Shown: positions 46,327-57,808 of the stretch, piece by piece
Layout: every line of letters begins with the position of its first letter
Numbering within the stretch: the first letter of the stretch is position 1
Assembly: GCF_044324785.1 (NCBI RefSeq)
Contig: NZ_CP172127.1
Length of the DNA: 64,000 bases
Origin: Escherichia coli
GTDB lineage: Bacteria; Pseudomonadota; Gammaproteobacteria; Enterobacterales; Enterobacteriaceae
Direction: 5' to 3' (one strand)
Notes under the pieces: model-generated
Database searches by the model: none
Told to the model about the DNA's origin: nothing
The model's input: only the letters and a program-made list of their open reading frames with translations
Translations under genes and position numbers: made by a program

Positions 46327-47046
46327 ATGCATCAGATGCAAACTACGCGTACCCCCTACTCTGTTTCCTTTATGGCGACAGTGTTACTTTTATTGGTCTT
46401 TGCTTGCCATAGCACCATTGCCAACGCAGCTGTCGCACTGGGTGCGACGCGGGTAATTTATCCGGCAAACCAGAAACAGGTTTTATTGCCTGTCACGAAT
46501 AATGATCCTGCCAGTGTCTATCTCATTCAGTCATGGATAGAAAATGCAGGTGACCAAAAAGACACCCAGTTTGTCATTACCCCACCGCTTTTTTCCATGC
46601 AAGGTAAAAAAGAGAATACGCTGCGGATAATCAACGCCACTAATCATCAGTTACCAGGCGACCGTGAAAGCCTGTTCTGGGTTAATGTTAAAGCTATTCC
46701 TGCTATGGAAAAAGACCAGAAGAATGAGAATACATTACAGCTGGCAATTATTAGCCGCATAAAAATGTTTTATCGCCCCACGAACCTGGCAATGGCACCT
46801 GAAGAAGCGCCTGCAATGCTTCGGTTTCGTCGCAGCGGCAGCAAACTCACTCTTATTAATCCAACGCCCTACTTCATTACCGTAACAAATATGAAAGCAG
46901 GAAATAGCAATCTCCCAAACACCATGGTGCCGCCAAAAGGTGAAGTATCGGTGGATATCCCGCATGCTGCAACCGGGGATATCAGTTTTCAGACGATCAA
47001 TGATTACGGTGCATTAACTCCGCGTATTAAGGCAACCATGCAGTAA
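46327..47046 (+). CDS. Periplasmic fimbrial chaperone (PapD/FimC-like)
   Basis: 239-aa ORF with a signal peptide and PapD-like fold signatures; the true start may be an internal Met. Confidence 0.8.
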   Translation: MHQMQTTRTPYSVSFMATVLLLLVFACHSTIANAAVALGATRVIYPANQKQVLLPVTNNDPASVYLIQSWIENAGDQKDTQFVITPPLFSMQGKKENTLRIINATNHQLPGDRESLFWVNVKAIPAMEKDQKNENTLQLAIISRIKMFYRPTNLAMAPEEAPAMLRFRRSGSKLTLINPTPYFITVTNMKAGNSNLPNTMVPPKGEVSVDIPHAATGDISFQTINDYGALTPRIKATMQ

Positions 47047-47087
47047 GCCAGTGACCTAATTAATAATAAACTCAATCGGAATCAATA

Positions 47088-49739
47088 ATGACATCCTTTC
47101 GTGCCGCATTTAAGGCATATCGTATGCATCAGGTGTTACTACTGCCTCGCTTTGCACGGCTTACCATTGCCCTTGGCTTAGCAACTGCGGTTTTTCCCGT
47201 TGACGCAGAGTATTATTTTAATCCACGGTTTTTAAGCAATGATCTTGCTGAATCTGTCGATTTATCCGCCTTTACTAAGGGACGCGAGGCACCACCTGGT
47301 ACATATCGGGTCGACATTTATTTGAACGACGAATTTATGACTAGTCGGGATATTACTTTTATTGCAGATGATAATAACGCAGATCTCATCCCATGCCTGA
47401 GTACAGATCTTCTTGTCAGTCTTGGCATAAAAAAATCAGCGTTATTAGACAATAAAGAACATTCGGCAGAAAAACATGTGCCGGACAACAGCGCATGCAC
47501 ACCACTTCAGGATCGTTTGGCCGACGCATCAACTGAGTTTGATGTTGGTCAGCAACATCTGTCACTCTCCGTTCCGCAAATTTATGTTGGCAGAATGGCT
47601 CGCGGCTATGTTTCTCCTGATCTGTGGGAAGAAGGAATAAATGCTGGGCTGCTAAACTATAGTTTTAATGGTAATTCTATTAATAATCGTAGTAACCATA
47701 ATGCAGGAAAATCCAACTATGCATATTTGAATTTACAGAGTGGCATCAACATTGGTAGTTGGCGACTGCGCGATAACTCAACGTGGAGTTATAACAGTGG
47801 GAGTAGCAATTCATCTGACAGCAATAAATGGCAGCATATCAATACGTCGGCTGAACGTGACATTATTCCCTTACGCTCACGCTTAACGGTAGGTGATAGT
47901 TATACCGATGGCGATATTTTTGATAGTGTGAACTTTCGTGGCCTCAAAATAAATTCAACAGAAGCGATGTTGCCCGATAGCCAACATGGTTTCGCTCCGG
48001 TGATTCATGGTATTGCCCGCGGCACCGCACAAGTGAGTGTAAAACAGAATGGATACGATGTTTATCAGACTACTGTCCCACCCGGCCCTTTTACTATTGA
48101 TGATATCAACTCTGCGGCCAATGGTGGTGATCTGCAAGTAACCATAAAAGAGGCAGACGGCAGTATTCAGACATTATATGTTCCTTATTCGTCTGTTCCG
48201 GTTCTCCAACGTGCTGGATATACGCGTTATGCGCTTGCCATGGGGGAATATCGTAGTGGAAATAACCTGCAAAGCTCCCCCAAGTTCATACAAGGTAGCT
48301 TGATGCATGGACTGGAAGGAAACTGGACACCTTATGGCGGAATGCAAATTGCAGAAGATTATCAGGCCTTCAACCTTGGTATTGGTAAAGATTTAGGACT
48401 TTTTGGTGCCTTTTCTTTCGATATCACGCAGGCCAATACGACACTTGCAGATGGCACCCGTCACAGCGGGCAATCGATTAAATCCGTCTACAGCAAATCC
48501 TTCTACCAGACGGGAACCAATATCCAGGTCGCAGGATATCGCTATTCTACGCAAGGTTTTTATAACTTATCCGACAGTGCCTACAGTCGAATGAGTGGTT
48601 ACACCGTCAAGCCTCCTACCGGAGACAGCAACGAGCAGACACAATTTATTGATTATTTTAATCTGTTCTACAGTAAGCGTGGTCAGGAACAAATAAGCAT
48701 CTCTCAGCAGCTTGGAAATTACGGTACGACATTTTTCAGTGCCAGTCGCCAAAGTTACTGGAACACGTCACGCAGCGACCAGCAAATATCATTTGGATTA
48801 AATGTGCCGTTTGGTGATATTACGACTTCGCTGAATTACAGCTTTTCCAATAATATATGGCAAAACGATCGGGATCATTTACTTGCTTTTACGCTTAATG
48901 TTCCCTTCAGTCATTGGATGCGTACAGACAGTCAGTCGGCATTTCGTAATTCAAACGCCAGTTACAGTATGTCAAACGATTTGAAAGGCGGCATGACCAA
49001 TCTATCAGGGGTTTATGGCACTCTGCTGCCGGATAATAACCTGAATTATAGCGTTCAGGTAGGTAACACCCACGGAGGTAATACATCGTCTGCCACCAGT
49101 GGTTACAGTTCTCTTAATTATCGTGGAGCTTACGGTAATACGAATGTCGGTTACAGTCGGAGTGGGGACAGCAGCCAGATTTATTACGGAATGAGTGGTG
49201 GGATTATTGCTCATGCTGATGGCATCACCTTTGGTCAGCCGCTGGGCGACACAATGGTTCTGGTTAAGGCTCCTGGCGCTGATAATGTCAAAATAGAGAA
49301 CCAGACCGGTATTCATACCGACTGGCGTGGCTATGCCATATTACCATTTGCGACAGAATATAGAGAAAATCGTGTCGCTCTTAACGCGAATTCCCTTGCA
49401 GATAATGTTGAACTGGATGAAACAGTAGTCACTGTCATCCCAACTCACGGTGCTATTGCCAGAGCAACATTTAATGCACAAATCGGCGGGAAAGTATTAA
49501 TGACGTTGAAGTACGGTAATAAGAGCGTTCCATTCGGTGCAATTGTCACACACGGAGAGAATAAAAATGGCAGCATTGTCGCGGAAAACGGTCAGGTTTA
49601 TCTGACTGGACTTCCACAGTCAGGGAAATTACAGGTTTCATGGGGCAAAGATAAAAACTCAAACTGTATTGTCGAGTACAAGCTTCCTGAAGTTTCTCCT
49701 GGTACCTTACTGAACCAGCAGACAGCAATCTGTCGCTAA
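47088..49739 (+). CDS. ydeT: Outer-membrane fimbrial usher (FimD/PapC-like), full length
   Basis: 883-aa ORF with usher N-terminal, barrel, plug and C-terminal domains. Confidence 0.85.
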   Translation: MTSFRAAFKAYRMHQVLLLPRFARLTIALGLATAVFPVDAEYYFNPRFLSNDLAESVDLSAFTKGREAPPGTYRVDIYLNDEFMTSRDITFIADDNNADLIPCLSTDLLVSLGIKKSALLDNKEHSAEKHVPDNSACTPLQDRLADASTEFDVGQQHLSLSVPQIYVGRMARGYVSPDLWEEGINAGLLNYSFNGNSINNRSNHNAGKSNYAYLNLQSGINIGSWRLRDNSTWSYNSGSSNSSDSNKWQHINTSAERDIIPLRSRLTVGDSYTDGDIFDSVNFRGLKINSTEAMLPDSQHGFAPVIHGIARGTAQVSVKQNGYDVYQTTVPPGPFTIDDINSAANGGDLQVTIKEADGSIQTLYVPYSSVPVLQRAGYTRYALAMGEYRSGNNLQSSPKFIQGSLMHGLEGNWTPYGGMQIAEDYQAFNLGIGKDLGLFGAFSFDITQANTTLADGTRHSGQSIKSVYSKSFYQTGTNIQVAGYRYSTQGFYNLSDSAYSRMSGYTVKPPTGDSNEQTQFIDYFNLFYSKRGQEQISISQQLGNYGTTFFSASRQSYWNTSRSDQQISFGLNVPFGDITTSLNYSFSNNIWQNDRDHLLAFTLNVPFSHWMRTDSQSAFRNSNASYSMSNDLKGGMTNLSGVYGTLLPDNNLNYSVQVGNTHGGNTSSATSGYSSLNYRGAYGNTNVGYSRSGDSSQIYYGMSGGIIAHADGITFGQPLGDTMVLVKAPGADNVKIENQTGIHTDWRGYAILPFATEYRENRVALNANSLADNVELDETVVTVIPTHGAIARATFNAQIGGKVLMTLKYGNKSVPFGAIVTHGENKNGSIVAENGQVYLTGLPQSGKLQVSWGKDKNSNCIVEYKLPEVSPGTLLNQQTAICR

Positions 49740-49752
49740 GGAACAAGAGATT

Positions 49753-50283
49753 ATGAAATACAATAACATTATTTTCCTCGGTTTATGTCTGGGGTTAACC
49801 ACCTATTCTGCTTTATCCGCAGATAGCGTTATTAAAATTAGCGGGCGCGTCCTCGATTATGGCTGCACAGTCTCATCGGATTCGCTTAATTTTACCGTAG
49901 ATCTCCAAAAAAACAGTGCCAGACAATTTCCAACGACCGGTAGCACAAGTCCAGCCGTCCCTTTTCAGATTACGTTAAGTGAATGCAGTAAAGGGACTAC
50001 GGGGGTTCGGGTTGCATTTAACGGTATTGAGGATGCAGAAAATAATACTCTGTTGAAACTGGATGAAGGAAGCAATACGGCCTCCGGTTTGGGTATAGAA
50101 ATACTGGACGGAAATATGCGTCCGGTGAAATTGAATGACCTTCATGCCGGGATGCAGTGGATCCCACTGGTACCAGAACAGAACAATATTTTGCCTTACT
50201 CCGCTCGTCTGAAGTCAACTCAGAAGTCCGTCAATCCGGGACTGGTGAGGGCTTCGGCAACCTTTACCCTTGAATTTCAATAA
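49753..50283 (+). CDS. ydeS: Fimbrial minor subunit (FimF-like)
   Basis: 176-aa pilin-like ORF with a signal peptide. Confidence 0.8.
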   Translation: MKYNNIIFLGLCLGLTTYSALSADSVIKISGRVLDYGCTVSSDSLNFTVDLQKNSARQFPTTGSTSPAVPFQITLSECSKGTTGVRVAFNGIEDAENNTLLKLDEGSNTASGLGIEILDGNMRPVKLNDLHAGMQWIPLVPEQNNILPYSARLKSTQKSVNPGLVRASATFTLEFQ

Positions 50284-50295
50284 TCAGAGTCAGAT

Positions 50296-50799
50296 ATGAA
50301 AAGACTTCACAAGAGGTTCCTGTTAGCTACGTTTTGCGCGTTATTCACAGCAACTCTCCAGGCCGCCGATGTCACTATCACTGTTAATGGTCGGGTAGTC
50401 GCTAAACCCTGCACTATTCAAACCAAAGAAGCTAACGTTAATCTCGGGGATCTTTATACGCGCAATCTGCAACAACCTGGTTCTGCATCAGGGTGGCACA
50501 ATATTACTTTGTCATTAACCGATTGTCCGGTTGAAACAAGTGCAGTGACGGCAATCGTGACAGGTTCAACTGACAATACGGGTTATTACAAAAATGAAGG
50601 TACTGCCGAAAATATTCAGATAGAGCTAAGGGATGACCAGGATGCGACGTTAAAAAATGGCGATAGCAAAACGGTTATTGTTGATGAGATCACTCGTAAT
50701 GCACAGTTTCCACTTAAGGCAAGAGCTATCACGGTGAATGGAAACGCAAGCCAGGGAACGATCGAGGCGCTAATCAATGTGATCTACACCTGGCAATAA
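50296..50799 (+). CDS. ydeR: Fimbrial minor subunit (FimG-like)
   Basis: 167-aa pilin-like ORF with a signal peptide. Confidence 0.8.
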   Translation: MKRLHKRFLLATFCALFTATLQAADVTITVNGRVVAKPCTIQTKEANVNLGDLYTRNLQQPGSASGWHNITLSLTDCPVETSAVTAIVTGSTDNTGYYKNEGTAENIQIELRDDQDATLKNGDSKTVIVDEITRNAQFPLKARAITVNGNASQGTIEALINVIYTWQ

Positions 50800-50858
50800 C
50801 GTCGATTCGATTTTCTTAGCCTCCTTTTTAAATCAATTTTTTAACCTTAGGATATATC

Positions 50859-51773
50859 ATGGGTAAAACAATAAGTATGAAGCTTCTGTTCGGTATTTAT
50901 CTTCTATTAATGGCAGGCAAAGTTTTTGCCTTCAGTTGTAATGTCGATGGCGGGTCAAGTATTGGAGCAGGTACAACCTCTGTTTATGTTAATCTCGACC
51001 CTGTAATACAACCGGGCCAGAATCTGGTTGTAGACTTGTCTCAACATATCAGTTGCTGGAATGATTACGGCGGCTGGTACGACACTGATCATATAAACCT
51101 GGTACAAGGCTCAGCTTTCGCAGGCTCTCTACAGTCATATAAAGGATCGCTGTACTGGAATAATGTGACCTACCCCTTCCCGTTGACGACAAATACTAAT
51201 GTATTAGATATTGGTGATAAGACACCGATGCCATTACCGTTAAAACTCTATATTACCCCAGTCGGGGCGGCCGGTGGAGTTGTCATAAAAGCCGGGGAAG
51301 TTATTGCCCGTATTCATATGTATAAAATTGCCACGTTAGGAAGCGGAAATCCGCGTAATTTTACGTGGAATATTATTTCAAATAACAGTGTTGTTATGCC
51401 AACAGGCGGCTGCACTGTTGATAGTCGTAATGTCACCGTGAATCTCCCGGACTTTCCTGGAAGCGCAGAAATACCCCTTGGCGTATATTGCTCAAGCGAA
51501 CAAAAGCTCTCATTTTATCTTTCGGGTGCCACCACTGACAGTGCCCGACAAGTGTTTGCTAACACAGCACCAGATGCAACAAAAGCATCGGGAGTGGGTG
51601 TCTCTCTGATGCGTAATGGAAAAATACTGGCTACGGGAGAAAACGTCTCCCTGGGGACAGTAAATAAAAGCAAAGTACCTCTGGGTTTAAGCGCAACCTA
51701 TGGACAAACAGGAAACAAGGTTGCAGCCGGAACAGTTCAGTCAGTCATTGGTGTCACTTTTATCTATGAATAA
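50859..51773 (+). CDS. ydeQ: Fimbrial tip adhesin (FimH-like two-domain adhesin)
   Basis: 304-aa ORF; N-terminal lectin-like domain ([14 protein letters not shown]...[20 protein letters not shown]) plus a pilin domain. Confidence 0.8.
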   Translation: MGKTISMKLLFGIYLLLMAGKVFAFSCNVDGGSSIGAGTTSVYVNLDPVIQPGQNLVVDLSQHISCWNDYGGWYDTDHINLVQGSAFAGSLQSYKGSLYWNNVTYPFPLTTNTNVLDIGDKTPMPLPLKLYITPVGAAGGVVIKAGEVIARIHMYKIATLGSGNPRNFTWNIISNNSVVMPTGGCTVDSRNVTVNLPDFPGSAEIPLGVYCSSEQKLSFYLSGATTDSARQVFANTAPDATKASGVGVSLMRNGKILATGENVSLGTVNKSKVPLGLSATYGQTGNKVAAGTVQSVIGVTFIYE

Positions 51774-51846
51774 TTGTGATTTTGACATTAGTCTATGCGT
51801 TCCATTCACGAAAATTGTGCGGATAATTATTTTGTGAAGGCTATTA

Positions 51847-51863
51847 TCCTACACTTGTAAGAA
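51847..51863 (+). promoter_or_regulatory. EvgA-box-like inverted repeat upstream of ydeP
   Basis: TCCTACA-CT-TGTAAGAA, matching the EvgA consensus (TTCYTACA...TGTARGAA), about 250 bp upstream of ydeP. Confidence 0.6.
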
Positions 51864-52111
51864 AATCCGCGCACAATTGAAGCCAGAGTCTTATTTTTTA
51901 TATTGAAAAACATGTTAATTTAAACACTATGAGAGATGATGCTTAACTTATCGTATTTATACCATTCTATTATTTAACGATAATAGATTAAAAATAGAAA
52001 GAGAGTAGTCCCCTACTCTTATATATCCAGGTTGATGATAAACCTATTATATATACTGTGCATCATCGCTATTACAAATCCTAATAATTCATTTCCACAC
52101 AGGATAAGCAG

Positions 52112-54391
52112 ATGAAGAAAAAAATTGAATCCTACCAGGGAGCTGCCGGTGGTTGGGGTGCTGTTAAATCCGTAGCAAATGCAGTACGTAAGCAGATGGA
52201 TATACGCCAGGATGTTATTGCCATGTTTGACATGAATAAGCCAGAGGGCTTTGACTGTCCGGGATGTGCATGGCCAGATCCTAAGCACAGTGCGTCATTC
52301 GACATTTGTGAAAACGGCGCAAAAGCAATCGCCTGGGAAGTCACGGATAAGCAGGTAAATGCCTCTTTCTTTGCTGAGAATACGGTTCAATCATTACTTA
52401 CCTGGGGAGATCACGAGCTTGAGGCTGCGGGGCGTCTCACTCAGCCTTTGAAATATGATGCCGTCAGCGACTGTTACAAGCCATTAAGCTGGCAACAAGC
52501 TTTCGACGAAATAGGCGCACGCCTTCAAAGCTATAGTGATCCCAATCAGGTTGAATTCTATACTTCGGGCCGCACTTCCAATGAAGCAGCCTTTCTTTAT
52601 CAGCTTTTTGCCCGTGAATACGGGAGCAATAACTTTCCCGACTGTTCCAACATGTGCCATGAACCGACCAGCGTGGGATTGGCAGCGAGTATCGGTGTAG
52701 GTAAAGGGACCGTGTTGCTGGAAGACTTTGAGAAATGCGATTTAGTCATTTGCATTGGGCATAACCCTGGTACAAACCACCCTCGCATGTTGACTTCGTT
52801 GCGCGCTTTAGTGAAACGGGGAGCGAAAATGATCGCCATCAATCCTCTACAGGAACGTGGCCTGGAGCGATTTACCGCACCGCAAAACCCGTTTGAAATG
52901 CTGACGAACTCTGAGACTCAGTTGGCCAGTGCCTACTACAACGTGCGCATTGGTGGTGATATGGCGTTGCTCAAGGGGATGATGCGCCTGTTAATTGAGC
53001 GCGATGATGCTGCAAGCGCCGCAGGTCGGCCCTCATTGCTTGATGACGAATTTATTCAAACGCATACCGTCGGCTTTGACGAGCTACGCCGTGACGTTCT
53101 CAATTCCGAGTGGAAAGATATCGAACGTATTTCTGGACTAAGTCAGACACAAATCGCCGAACTGGCTGATGCATATGCCGCTGCCGAACGCACCATTATC
53201 TGTTACGGAATGGGGATCACTCAGCACGAACATGGTACCCAGAATGTACAGCAACTGGTCAATCTGCTGTTGATGAAAGGTAACATTGGCAAGCCTGGTG
53301 CGGGTATCTGCCCACTACGAGGTCACTCTAATGTACAGGGCGACCGAACCGTCGGTATCACCGAGAAACCGTCTGCAGAGTTTCTGGCTCGCCTGGGTGA
53401 GCGCTATGGTTTCACCCCACCTCATGCACCTGGACATGCTGCAATTGCCAGCATGCAAGCAATATGTACGGGGCAGGCTCGAGCATTGATCTGCATGGGG
53501 GGCAACTTTGCACTGGCAATGCCAGATCGGGAAGCGAGCGCTGTACCGTTAACGCAATTAGATTTGGCGGTACACGTAGCCACTAAGCTTAACCGCTCTC
53601 ATCTGCTGACCGCACAGCATAGCTATATTCTGCCGGTTCTTGGGCGTAGCGAGATTGACATGCAAAAAAGCGGTGCGCAGGCGGTAACCGTTGAGGATTC
53701 AATGTCGATGATTCATGCCTCGCGTGGCGTGTTAAAACCCGCCGGTGTAATGCTGAAATCAGAGTGTGCAGTGGTCGCGGGAATCGCGCAGGCAGCACTA
53801 CCCCAGAGCGTGGTAGCCTGGGAGTATCTGGTGGAAGATTATGATCGCATTCGCAATGACATTGAAGCTGTGCTGCCAGAGTTCGCCGACTATAACCAGC
53901 GCATCCGACATCCTGGAGGTTTTCACCTGATAAACGCAGCTGCTGAAAGGCGCTGGAGGACGTCGTCAGGTAAGGCTAATTTCATTACCAGTAAAGGGCT
54001 GTTAGAAGATCCCTCTTCAGCGTTTAACAGTAAGCTAGTCATGGCGACAGTACGCAGTCACGATCAGTACAACACGACGATTTATGGTATGGATGATCGC
54101 TATCGAGGGGTATTCGGTCAACGAGATGTGGTCTTTATGAGTGCTAAACAAGCTAAAATTTGCCGTGTAAAAAACGGCGAAAGAGTTAATCTTATTGCGC
54201 TTACGCCAGACGGTAAGCGAAGCTCACGCCGCATGGATAGATTAAAAGTGGTCATTTACCCTATGGCTGACCGCTCACTGGTGACCTATTTTCCAGAATC
54301 GAATCACATGCTAACACTTGATAACCACGATCCATTAAGTGGCATTCCTGGCTATAAAAGTATTCCGGTTGAATTAGAACCATCAAATTAA
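52112..54391 (+). CDS. ydeP: Molybdopterin-dependent oxidoreductase (formate dehydrogenase-like), acid-resistance protein
   Basis: 759-aa ORF with an N-terminal Cys cluster (CPGCAW) and molybdopterin oxidoreductase domains. Confidence 0.85.
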   Translation: MKKKIESYQGAAGGWGAVKSVANAVRKQMDIRQDVIAMFDMNKPEGFDCPGCAWPDPKHSASFDICENGAKAIAWEVTDKQVNASFFAENTVQSLLTWGDHELEAAGRLTQPLKYDAVSDCYKPLSWQQAFDEIGARLQSYSDPNQVEFYTSGRTSNEAAFLYQLFAREYGSNNFPDCSNMCHEPTSVGLAASIGVGKGTVLLEDFEKCDLVICIGHNPGTNHPRMLTSLRALVKRGAKMIAINPLQERGLERFTAPQNPFEMLTNSETQLASAYYNVRIGGDMALLKGMMRLLIERDDAASAAGRPSLLDDEFIQTHTVGFDELRRDVLNSEWKDIERISGLSQTQIAELADAYAAAERTIICYGMGITQHEHGTQNVQQLVNLLLMKGNIGKPGAGICPLRGHSNVQGDRTVGITEKPSAEFLARLGERYGFTPPHAPGHAAIASMQAICTGQARALICMGGNFALAMPDREASAVPLTQLDLAVHVATKLNRSHLLTAQHSYILPVLGRSEIDMQKSGAQAVTVEDSMSMIHASRGVLKPAGVMLKSECAVVAGIAQAALPQSVVAWEYLVEDYDRIRNDIEAVLPEFADYNQRIRHPGGFHLINAAAERRWRTSSGKANFITSKGLLEDPSSAFNSKLVMATVRSHDQYNTTIYGMDDRYRGVFGQRDVVFMSAKQAKICRVKNGERVNLIALTPDGKRSSRRMDRLKVVIYPMADRSLVTYFPESNHMLTLDNHDPLSGIPGYKSIPVELEPSN

Positions 54392-54512
54392 TTCGCCTCC
54401 TCATTTCTTCTGCTGTCATCCGCACAGCAGAAGAATTCCTCATTGACCATTGTCGCGCAATTTACTCACATGTGCTAAATTTAAACTGCTCGTTATAAGA
54501 TATATACCTCCT

Positions 54513-54529
54513 CCTACAGCTGTAAGAAA
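54513..54529 (+). promoter_or_regulatory. EvgA-box-like inverted repeat upstream of safA-ydeO
   Basis: TCCTACA-GC-TGTAAGAA, about 110 bp upstream of safA; lies within a roughly 45-bp stretch similar to the ydeP upstream element. Confidence 0.6.
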
Positions 54530-54639
54530 CTCCGCTCAGTACTGAAGCGCCAGTCCTATTTCCTCTACTCTCCAGCCTGTTATATTAAGCATACTGATTA
54601 ACGATGCTTAACGTCATTCGTTTAATAAACACATTTGAA

Positions 54640-54831
54640 ATGCATGCGACCATAGTGAAAAATAAAATCACGCAAAGAGACAACTATAAAGGGATCATGT
54701 CTGTAATTGTGGTTGTCTTATTACTGACCCTTACGGTGATAGCCATTTTTTCGGCAATTGATCAGCTGGGTATTTCAGAAATGGGTCGCATTGCAAGGGA
54801 TCTTACACATTTCATTATCAATAGTTTGTAA
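54640..54831 (+). CDS. safA: SafA small membrane connector protein (EvgS/EvgA to PhoQ/PhoP)
   Basis: MHATIVKNKITQRDNYKGIMSVIVVVLLLTLTVIAIFSAI...; single TM helix; start taken at the internal Met of ORF 54604-54831. Confidence 0.75.
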   Translation: MHATIVKNKITQRDNYKGIMSVIVVVLLLTLTVIAIFSAIDQLGISEMGRIARDLTHFIINSL

Positions 54832-54911
54832 GACTGAAAATAAACAGCAAATTATAAATATGAAATGTTAAAAAAGTATCGATAAAAACTTTATTGTTTT
54901 AAGGAGATAAA

Positions 54912-55673
54912 ATGTCGCTCGTTTGTTCTGTTATATTTATTCATCATGCCTTCAACGCTAACATTTTAGATAAAGATTACGCCTTCTCAGACGGCGAGAT
55001 CCTGATGGTAGATAACGCTGTTCGTACGCATTTTGAACCTTATGAGCGGCATTTCAAAGAAATCGGATTTAATGAAAATACCATTAAAAAATATCTACAA
55101 TGCACTAACATCCAGACAGTGACGGTGCCTGTTCCTGCGAAGTTTTTACGTGCTTCAAATGTACCGACTGGATTGCTTAATGAAATGATTGCTTATCTCA
55201 ACTCGGAAGAACGCAATCATCATAATTTTTCAGAACTTTTGCTTTTTTCTTGCCTGTCTATTTTTGCCGCATGCAAAGGTTTCATTACACTATTAACTAA
55301 CGGTGTGCTATCCGTTTCCGGGAAAGTGAGAAATATTGTCAACATGAAGCTGGCGTACCCATGGAAGCTGAAAGATATTTGTGACTGCCTGTACATTAGT
55401 GAAAGCCTGTTGAAGAAAAAACTTAAGCAAGAGCAAACGACATTCTCACAGATTCTTTTAGATGCCAGAATGCAGCACGCAAAAAATTTGATACGCGTAG
55501 AAGGTTCAGTCAATAAAATTGCCGAACAATGTGGTTATGCCAGTACATCTTATTTTATTTATGCGTTCCGCAAACATTTCGGCAACAGTCCGAAGAGAGT
55601 TTCTAAGGAGTACCGTTGTCAAAGGCACACCGGTATGAACACGGACAACACGATGAGTGCTTTAGCTATTTGA
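54912..55673 (+). CDS. ydeO: AraC-family acid-resistance regulator YdeO
   Basis: 253-aa ORF with a C-terminal AraC double HTH, downstream of safA. Confidence 0.85.
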   Translation: MSLVCSVIFIHHAFNANILDKDYAFSDGEILMVDNAVRTHFEPYERHFKEIGFNENTIKKYLQCTNIQTVTVPVPAKFLRASNVPTGLLNEMIAYLNSEERNHHNFSELLLFSCLSIFAACKGFITLLTNGVLSVSGKVRNIVNMKLAYPWKLKDICDCLYISESLLKKKLKQEQTTFSQILLDARMQHAKNLIRVEGSVNKIAEQCGYASTSYFIYAFRKHFGNSPKRVSKEYRCQRHTGMNTDNTMSALAI

Positions 55674-56074
55674 TTATTTGCTAACGAGTAGTCAACCACA
55701 CACGCTACGTAAGAATTAAATGGGGCAGCCATTTCCTGCCCCGCGTTGTTTTTAGGCGATATATTTATTGAAATAAATAAGTGACACTCATCACATATTT
55801 ATGCATTTGCATAACCTGTTGCATAATTATTTATGATCTTAATTCGGAATTTTGTCAGTAAAATACAATAATTTATTAAATATCAATAGATTAGTTGTTT
55901 ATCTGCGAGAAATTACTTAGTAGAATAGAAAGTAATGTCAACAGTTTATGGACTGTTATTTCTCTTTTTTTAGCTAAATCTGCTATCTCTTTATGTGACT
56001 AACTTCACTTACATCCACTTATTTCTCTTCGTAAAATTACTTTGGAATTAAGTACAATAAGAAGAGGAACATTT

Positions 56075-57757
56075 ATGAAGTCTGCATTAAAGAAAAGTGT
56101 CGTAAGTACCTCGATATCTTTGATACTGGCATCTGGTATGGCTGCATTTGCTGCTCATGCGGCAGATGATGTAAAGCTGAAAGCAACCAAAACAAACGTC
56201 GCTTTCTCAGACTTTACGCCGACTGAATACAGTACCAAAGGAAAGCCAAATATTATCGTACTGACCATGGATGATCTTGGTTATGGACAACTTCCTTTTG
56301 ATAAGGGATCTTTTGACCCAAAAACAATGGAAAATCGTGAAGTTGTCGATACCTACAAAATAGGGATAGATAAAGCCATTGAAGCTGCGCAAAAATCAAC
56401 GCCGACGCTCCTTTCATTAATGGATGAAGGCGTACGTTTTACTAACGGCTATGTGGCGCACGGTGTTTCCGGCCCCTCCCGCGCCGCAATAATGACCGGT
56501 CGAGCGCCCGCCCGCTTTGGTGTCTATTCCAATACCGATGCTCAGGATGGTATTCCGCTAACAGAAACTTTCCTGCCTGAATTATTCCAGAATCATGGTT
56601 ATTACACTGCAGCAGTAGGTAAATGGCACTTGTCAAAAATCAGTAATGTGCCGGTACCGGAAGATAAACAAACGCGTGACTATCATGACAACTTCACCAC
56701 ATTTTCTGCGGAAGAATGGCAACCGCAAAACCGTGGCTTTGATTACTTTATGGGATTCCACGCTGCAGGAACGGCATATTACAACTCCCCTTCACTGTTC
56801 AAAAATCGTGAACGCGTCCCCGCAAAAGGTTATATCAGCGATCAGTTAACCGATGAGGCAATTGGCGTTGTTGATCGTGCCAAAACACTTGACCAGCCTT
56901 TTATGCTTTACCTGGCTTATAATGCTCCGCACCTGCCAAATGATAATCCTGCACCGGAGCAATATCAGAAGCAATTTAATACTGGTAGTCAAACAGCAGA
57001 TAACTACTACGCTTCCGTTTATTCTGTTGATCAGGGTGTAAAACGCATTCTCGAACAACTGAAGAAAAACGGACAGTATGACAATACTATTATTCTCTTT
57101 ACCTCCGATAATGGTGCGGTTATCGATGGTCCTCTGCCGCTGAACGGGGCGCAAAAAGGCTATAAGAGTCAGACCTATCCTGGCGGTACTCACACCCCAA
57201 TGTTTATGTGGTGGAAAGGAAAACTTCAACCCGGTAATTATGACAAGCTGATATCCGCAATGGATTTCTACCCGACAGCTCTTGATGCAGCCGATATCAG
57301 CATTCCAAAAGACCTTAAGCTGGATGGCGTTTCCTTGCTGCCCTGGTTGCAAGATAAGAAACAAGGTGAGCCACATAAAAATCTGACCTGGATAACCTCT
57401 TATTCTCACTGGTTTGATGAGGAAAATATTCCCTTCTGGGATAATTACCACAAATTTGTCCGCCATCAGTCAGACGATTACCCGCATAACCCCAACACCG
57501 AAGATTTAAGCCAATTCTCTTATACGGTGAGAAATAACGATTATTCGCTAGTCTATACAGTAGAAAACAATCAGTTAGGTCTATACAAACTGACGGATCT
57601 ACAGCAAAAAGATAACCTTGCCGCCGCCAATCCGCAGGTCGTTAAAGAGATGCAAGGCGTGGTAAGAGAGTTTATCGACAGCAGCCAACCACCGCTTAGC
57701 GAGGTAAATCAGGAGAAGTTTAACAATATCAAGAAAGCACTAAGCGAAGCGAAATAA
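56075..57757 (+). CDS. ydeN: Periplasmic sulfatase (arylsulfatase family)
   Basis: Start taken at MKSALKKSVVSTSISLILASGMAAFA (signal peptide); sulfatase domain. The formylglycine-motif position carries serine (SGPSR), i.e. a Ser-type sulfatase. Confidence 0.8.
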   Translation: MKSALKKSVVSTSISLILASGMAAFAAHAADDVKLKATKTNVAFSDFTPTEYSTKGKPNIIVLTMDDLGYGQLPFDKGSFDPKTMENREVVDTYKIGIDKAIEAAQKSTPTLLSLMDEGVRFTNGYVAHGVSGPSRAAIMTGRAPARFGVYSNTDAQDGIPLTETFLPELFQNHGYYTAAVGKWHLSKISNVPVPEDKQTRDYHDNFTTFSAEEWQPQNRGFDYFMGFHAAGTAYYNSPSLFKNRERVPAKGYISDQLTDEAIGVVDRAKTLDQPFMLYLAYNAPHLPNDNPAPEQYQKQFNTGSQTADNYYASVYSVDQGVKRILEQLKKNGQYDNTIILFTSDNGAVIDGPLPLNGAQKGYKSQTYPGGTHTPMFMWWKGKLQPGNYDKLISAMDFYPTALDAADISIPKDLKLDGVSLLPWLQDKKQGEPHKNLTWITSYSHWFDEENIPFWDNYHKFVRHQSDDYPHNPNTEDLSQFSYTVRNNDYSLVYTVENNQLGLYKLTDLQQKDNLAAANPQVVKEMQGVVREFIDSSQPPLSEVNQEKFNNIKKALSEAK

Positions 57758-57808
57758 CTAAACCTTCATGCGGCGGATTTTTCCGCCGCCTTATTGAGCG
57801 AGATAGCG

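Noticed and set aside
55674-56074. AT-rich 400-bp region between ydeO and ydeN as a possible small RNA or mobile-element scar
   Set aside because: No terminator hairpin, inverted terminal repeats or ORF found; most simply the ydeN promoter region.
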